This document shows positions 60,791-64,000 of a stretch of DNA of 64,000 nt, piece after piece (the first letter of the stretch is position 1; each line of letters starts with the position of its first letter). The translations under genes were made by a program, and so were the position numbers. This stretch comes from the human T2T-CHM13v2.0 reference genome, Homo sapiens: assembly GCF_009914755.1 (NCBI RefSeq), contig NC_060937.1. One strand, written 5' to 3'. The notes beneath the pieces are model-generated. The model had not been told where the DNA came from. It saw only the letters and a program-made list of their open reading frames with translations, and ran no database searches.

Positions 60791-60843
60791 GAAAGCATAG
60801 CAAAACCTCACTTCAACAGGAAATACAACCCAAAAAAGTAATT

Positions 60844-61162
60844 GCCCGGCATGGTGGCTTGCGCCTGGGGTCCCAGCGACTCGGGAGGTTGAGCGGGACG
60901 GACGGCTTGAGCTCAGGCCTTCCAAACAAGCCTGGGCACATAGCGAAACCTCGTCTCTCCAAAAAAATCCGAAAATTATCCCGATGTGGTGGCGCTCACC
61001 TGTAGTCCAGCTACTCCGGAGGCCGAGACAGGAGAATCACTTGAACTGATTCTCCTATCTCAGCCCCCCCCCCCGCCCCCCCCAAGTAGCCGCAGCGAGC
61101 CGAGATGGCACCGCTGCACTCCAGCCTGGGCTACAGAGCGAGAACCCGTCTCTGTAAAAAAC
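60844..61162 (+). mobile_element. AluJ-like element with an internal inverted duplication
   Basis: Diverged dimer. 61047-61090 is a reverse-complement copy of 61010-61039 with an expanded C tract. Confidence 0.85.
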
Positions 61163-61618
61163 ACAAGGATGCAAACCAACCAAATAACCCACTGTGGGAT
61201 CCCCTCCAACGTCCTGCTGTGTTTCCCGCTGTCTTCCTCCACCCGTGAGTGCACCCACAGCAATAAAAGCCAGCGGTGTGGGTCTCACACGCATCTCCAG
61301 CCCCGTCTCACACGCACCACCTCCGGGCCTGGACTTGGCCTCCCGTCCATTCCCAGAATGTGCCGGGCTCCCTTCCAGTCCGGGCCTCAGCACACTCTCT
61401 TCACTCCCCTTCCTCTCTCCCTGCCTCTCCCAACCCGGTTCAGGATGACTAATTTCAAATGTTATGTTCCAGGTTTCAGCCCAGATATCCCCGCTTTGGA
61501 TGCTTTCCTTGACCATGCTCAGATCTAAGCTAATCGCATCTTGCTGTCAGCCGCTTTCAGGGCACCACACCTCATTGTGCTGACACTCAGAGGTCATTAT
61601 GCAATTTTTTTTCCTCGA

Positions 61619-61637
61619 TGATTAGATTAATCAATCA
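61619..61637. promoter_or_regulatory. DUX4-consensus double-homeodomain site
   Basis: TGATTAGATTA (61619-61629) is TAATCTAATCA on the minus strand. It overlaps TAATCAATCA (61628-61637) on the plus strand. Confidence 0.75.
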
Positions 61638-61652
61638 ACCACGGACGTCTAG

Positions 61653-61820
61653 AAATGGCGGCATCTCAGAAGGGCCCCCATTTGACTGGCAGGGGACTGG
61701 CCCAATGCGCCTCGCAAGCCCAGCCAGGCCCGCCCCAGCCGGCCCCCCTCTGACGACGCCTGTCCCTTACGCGACTGCCTTGCTGCCATATAAGAGGGAC
61801 GGCGCTCGGCCTCCAGCAGT
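61653..61820 (+). promoter_or_regulatory. PRR20 core/proximal promoter in CpG-rich DNA
   Basis: YY1-type AAATGGCGGC 61653-61662, CCAAT 61702-61706, GC box CCCGCCCC 61729-61736, TGACG 61751-61755, TATAAG 61789-61794 and an Inr-like CAGT ~30 bp downstream. Confidence 0.8.
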
Positions 61821-62001
61821 CGGCTTTCTGCTGGGCTCGGAGCCAGAACCTGCTGCGTGCTCCCTCCAGACTCCCTGGCTGCGGGTGGACTACCTCAGAG
61901 CTACAGCGGTGAACCTGTGGACACCTCCGACTCCTCGGGCCTCTCTTCGTCGAAGAGTCTCCTAATTTTCAGATCTCCGGAGCCAGCTGTGGGAAGATCA
62001 G
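61818..62001 (+). other. PRR20A: Predicted non-coding exon 1 of PRR20
   Basis: Start inferred from TATA spacing. Donor CAG|GTGTGT at 62001/62002. Next acceptor: polypyrimidine tract + CAG ending at 62155. Confidence 0.6.
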
Positions 62002-62174
62002 GTGTGTGTCTGGGGGTCCCGGAGGCGTGGACGGATCTCGGGTGGGTGCAGTTGGGGACAGAATCCTCATTCCCCTAGAAAGGCCACGGCCATCCCCCTG
62101 CCTTGTCACCTCTGTCTTCCTAAATCCGTTCTTGCTCTCTTGTTTTTCTCCCCAGCCCCTCCCGCCGATTGCTC

Positions 62175-62226
62175 ATGGAGGAACCAAGGCCTTCGAAGCG
62201 ACTTCGCTCCATGGCCCCTAATCAAG
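62175..62226 (+). CDS. PRR20A: Proline-rich protein 20, first coding exon (exon 62156-62226)
   Basis: ATG at 62175 encodes MEEPRPSKRLRSMAPNQ. Phase-1 donor AAG|GTAC at 62226/62227. Matches the PRR20 N-terminus as I recall it. Confidence 0.92.
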
Positions 62227-62689
62227 GTACATCAAACGCCTGCCACTCTCTTTTTAATTTCGTCTGTTCCCCAATTCTTCCCCAATGGTTGACACTCAAA
62301 CTCAATCAAGCATTCTCTGTTTCACCTTCTCCTAGCCTGCCTCAACCTGGGCTGCTTGTTGGAAGTCAGCTCCCGGGTTCCACATCATCTGGGAAATTCC
62401 TTTCCCTCTTCCGAACCGTAATCCCATTTCCCAAATCTGAGATTTGCTGTTGTTGTCGCTGTTTCCTTCTGTTTAGTTTTGTATTACTGTTTCTCCGTAG
62501 CAGAGCGAGTCCTCACGCTACGTCTTGATCTATGATAAACCGGTACTTCCACCTTGTTCTTTCCCGGAGGAGTTGGAATTTTCCGGCTGTTGCCACGTTG
62601 TTCTCCAAAACATTTCCCTTCATACGCTGAGTGTCCTAAATCTTTTAATCTTGTCTAGTTTGACAGATGCATAACAATAAAGCATCCAC

Positions 62690-63858
<1,169 letters not shown>

Positions 63859-64000
63859 CCACTATCTGCCACCCACGTTGTTCCCAGCCTCCCTTCCTTC
63901 CACCTGGACGTTCCCCCCAGCCCCACTTCTGCTCCACTCCTCCCCCGACTGGACCTGAAGCCTGAGCTTCCCCTGAACTTGGAGTACGCAACTTACAACA

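Noticed and set aside
60986-61528. 180-aa and overlapping 153-aa ORFs
   Set aside because: Partly Alu-derived, non-ATG or without homology I recognise. Long open frames are expected in GC-rich DNA.
62227-62528. Read-through of the 119-aa ORF beyond MAPNQ
   Set aside because: It crosses a GT donor into the intron. Splicing gives the recognised 221-aa protein.

Overview
Primate genomic DNA, most likely human chr13q21.1 judging from the gene I recognise at the right end. About 60 kb is an AT-rich, CpG-poor gene desert of L1, Alu, MaLR/ERVL/ERV1 LTR remnants, MIR/L2 and microsatellites, and nearly all listed ORFs are repeat-derived or chance. At ~60,037 the sequence switches abruptly into a CpG-rich block carrying a 3-exon PRR20-family gene (221-aa CDS, 62175-62226 + 63245-63858), probably the first copy (PRR20A) of the known PRR20 tandem array. 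Most notable observations: (1) the PRR20 promoter has an exact DUX4 consensus site in a near-palindromic double-homeobox element, next to YY1, CCAAT, GC and TATA boxes, suggesting a DUX4-driven embryonic-genome-activation gene array; (2) the likely array edge, beyond which ancient repeats are CpG-rich; (3) a composite poly(A)-tailed retro-insertion (unique + L1 + ERV + unique) fused to an L1 at 3.75-5.4 kb. Repeat subfamily names are from memory of consensus sequences and boundaries of old repeats are approximate. No database search was run.
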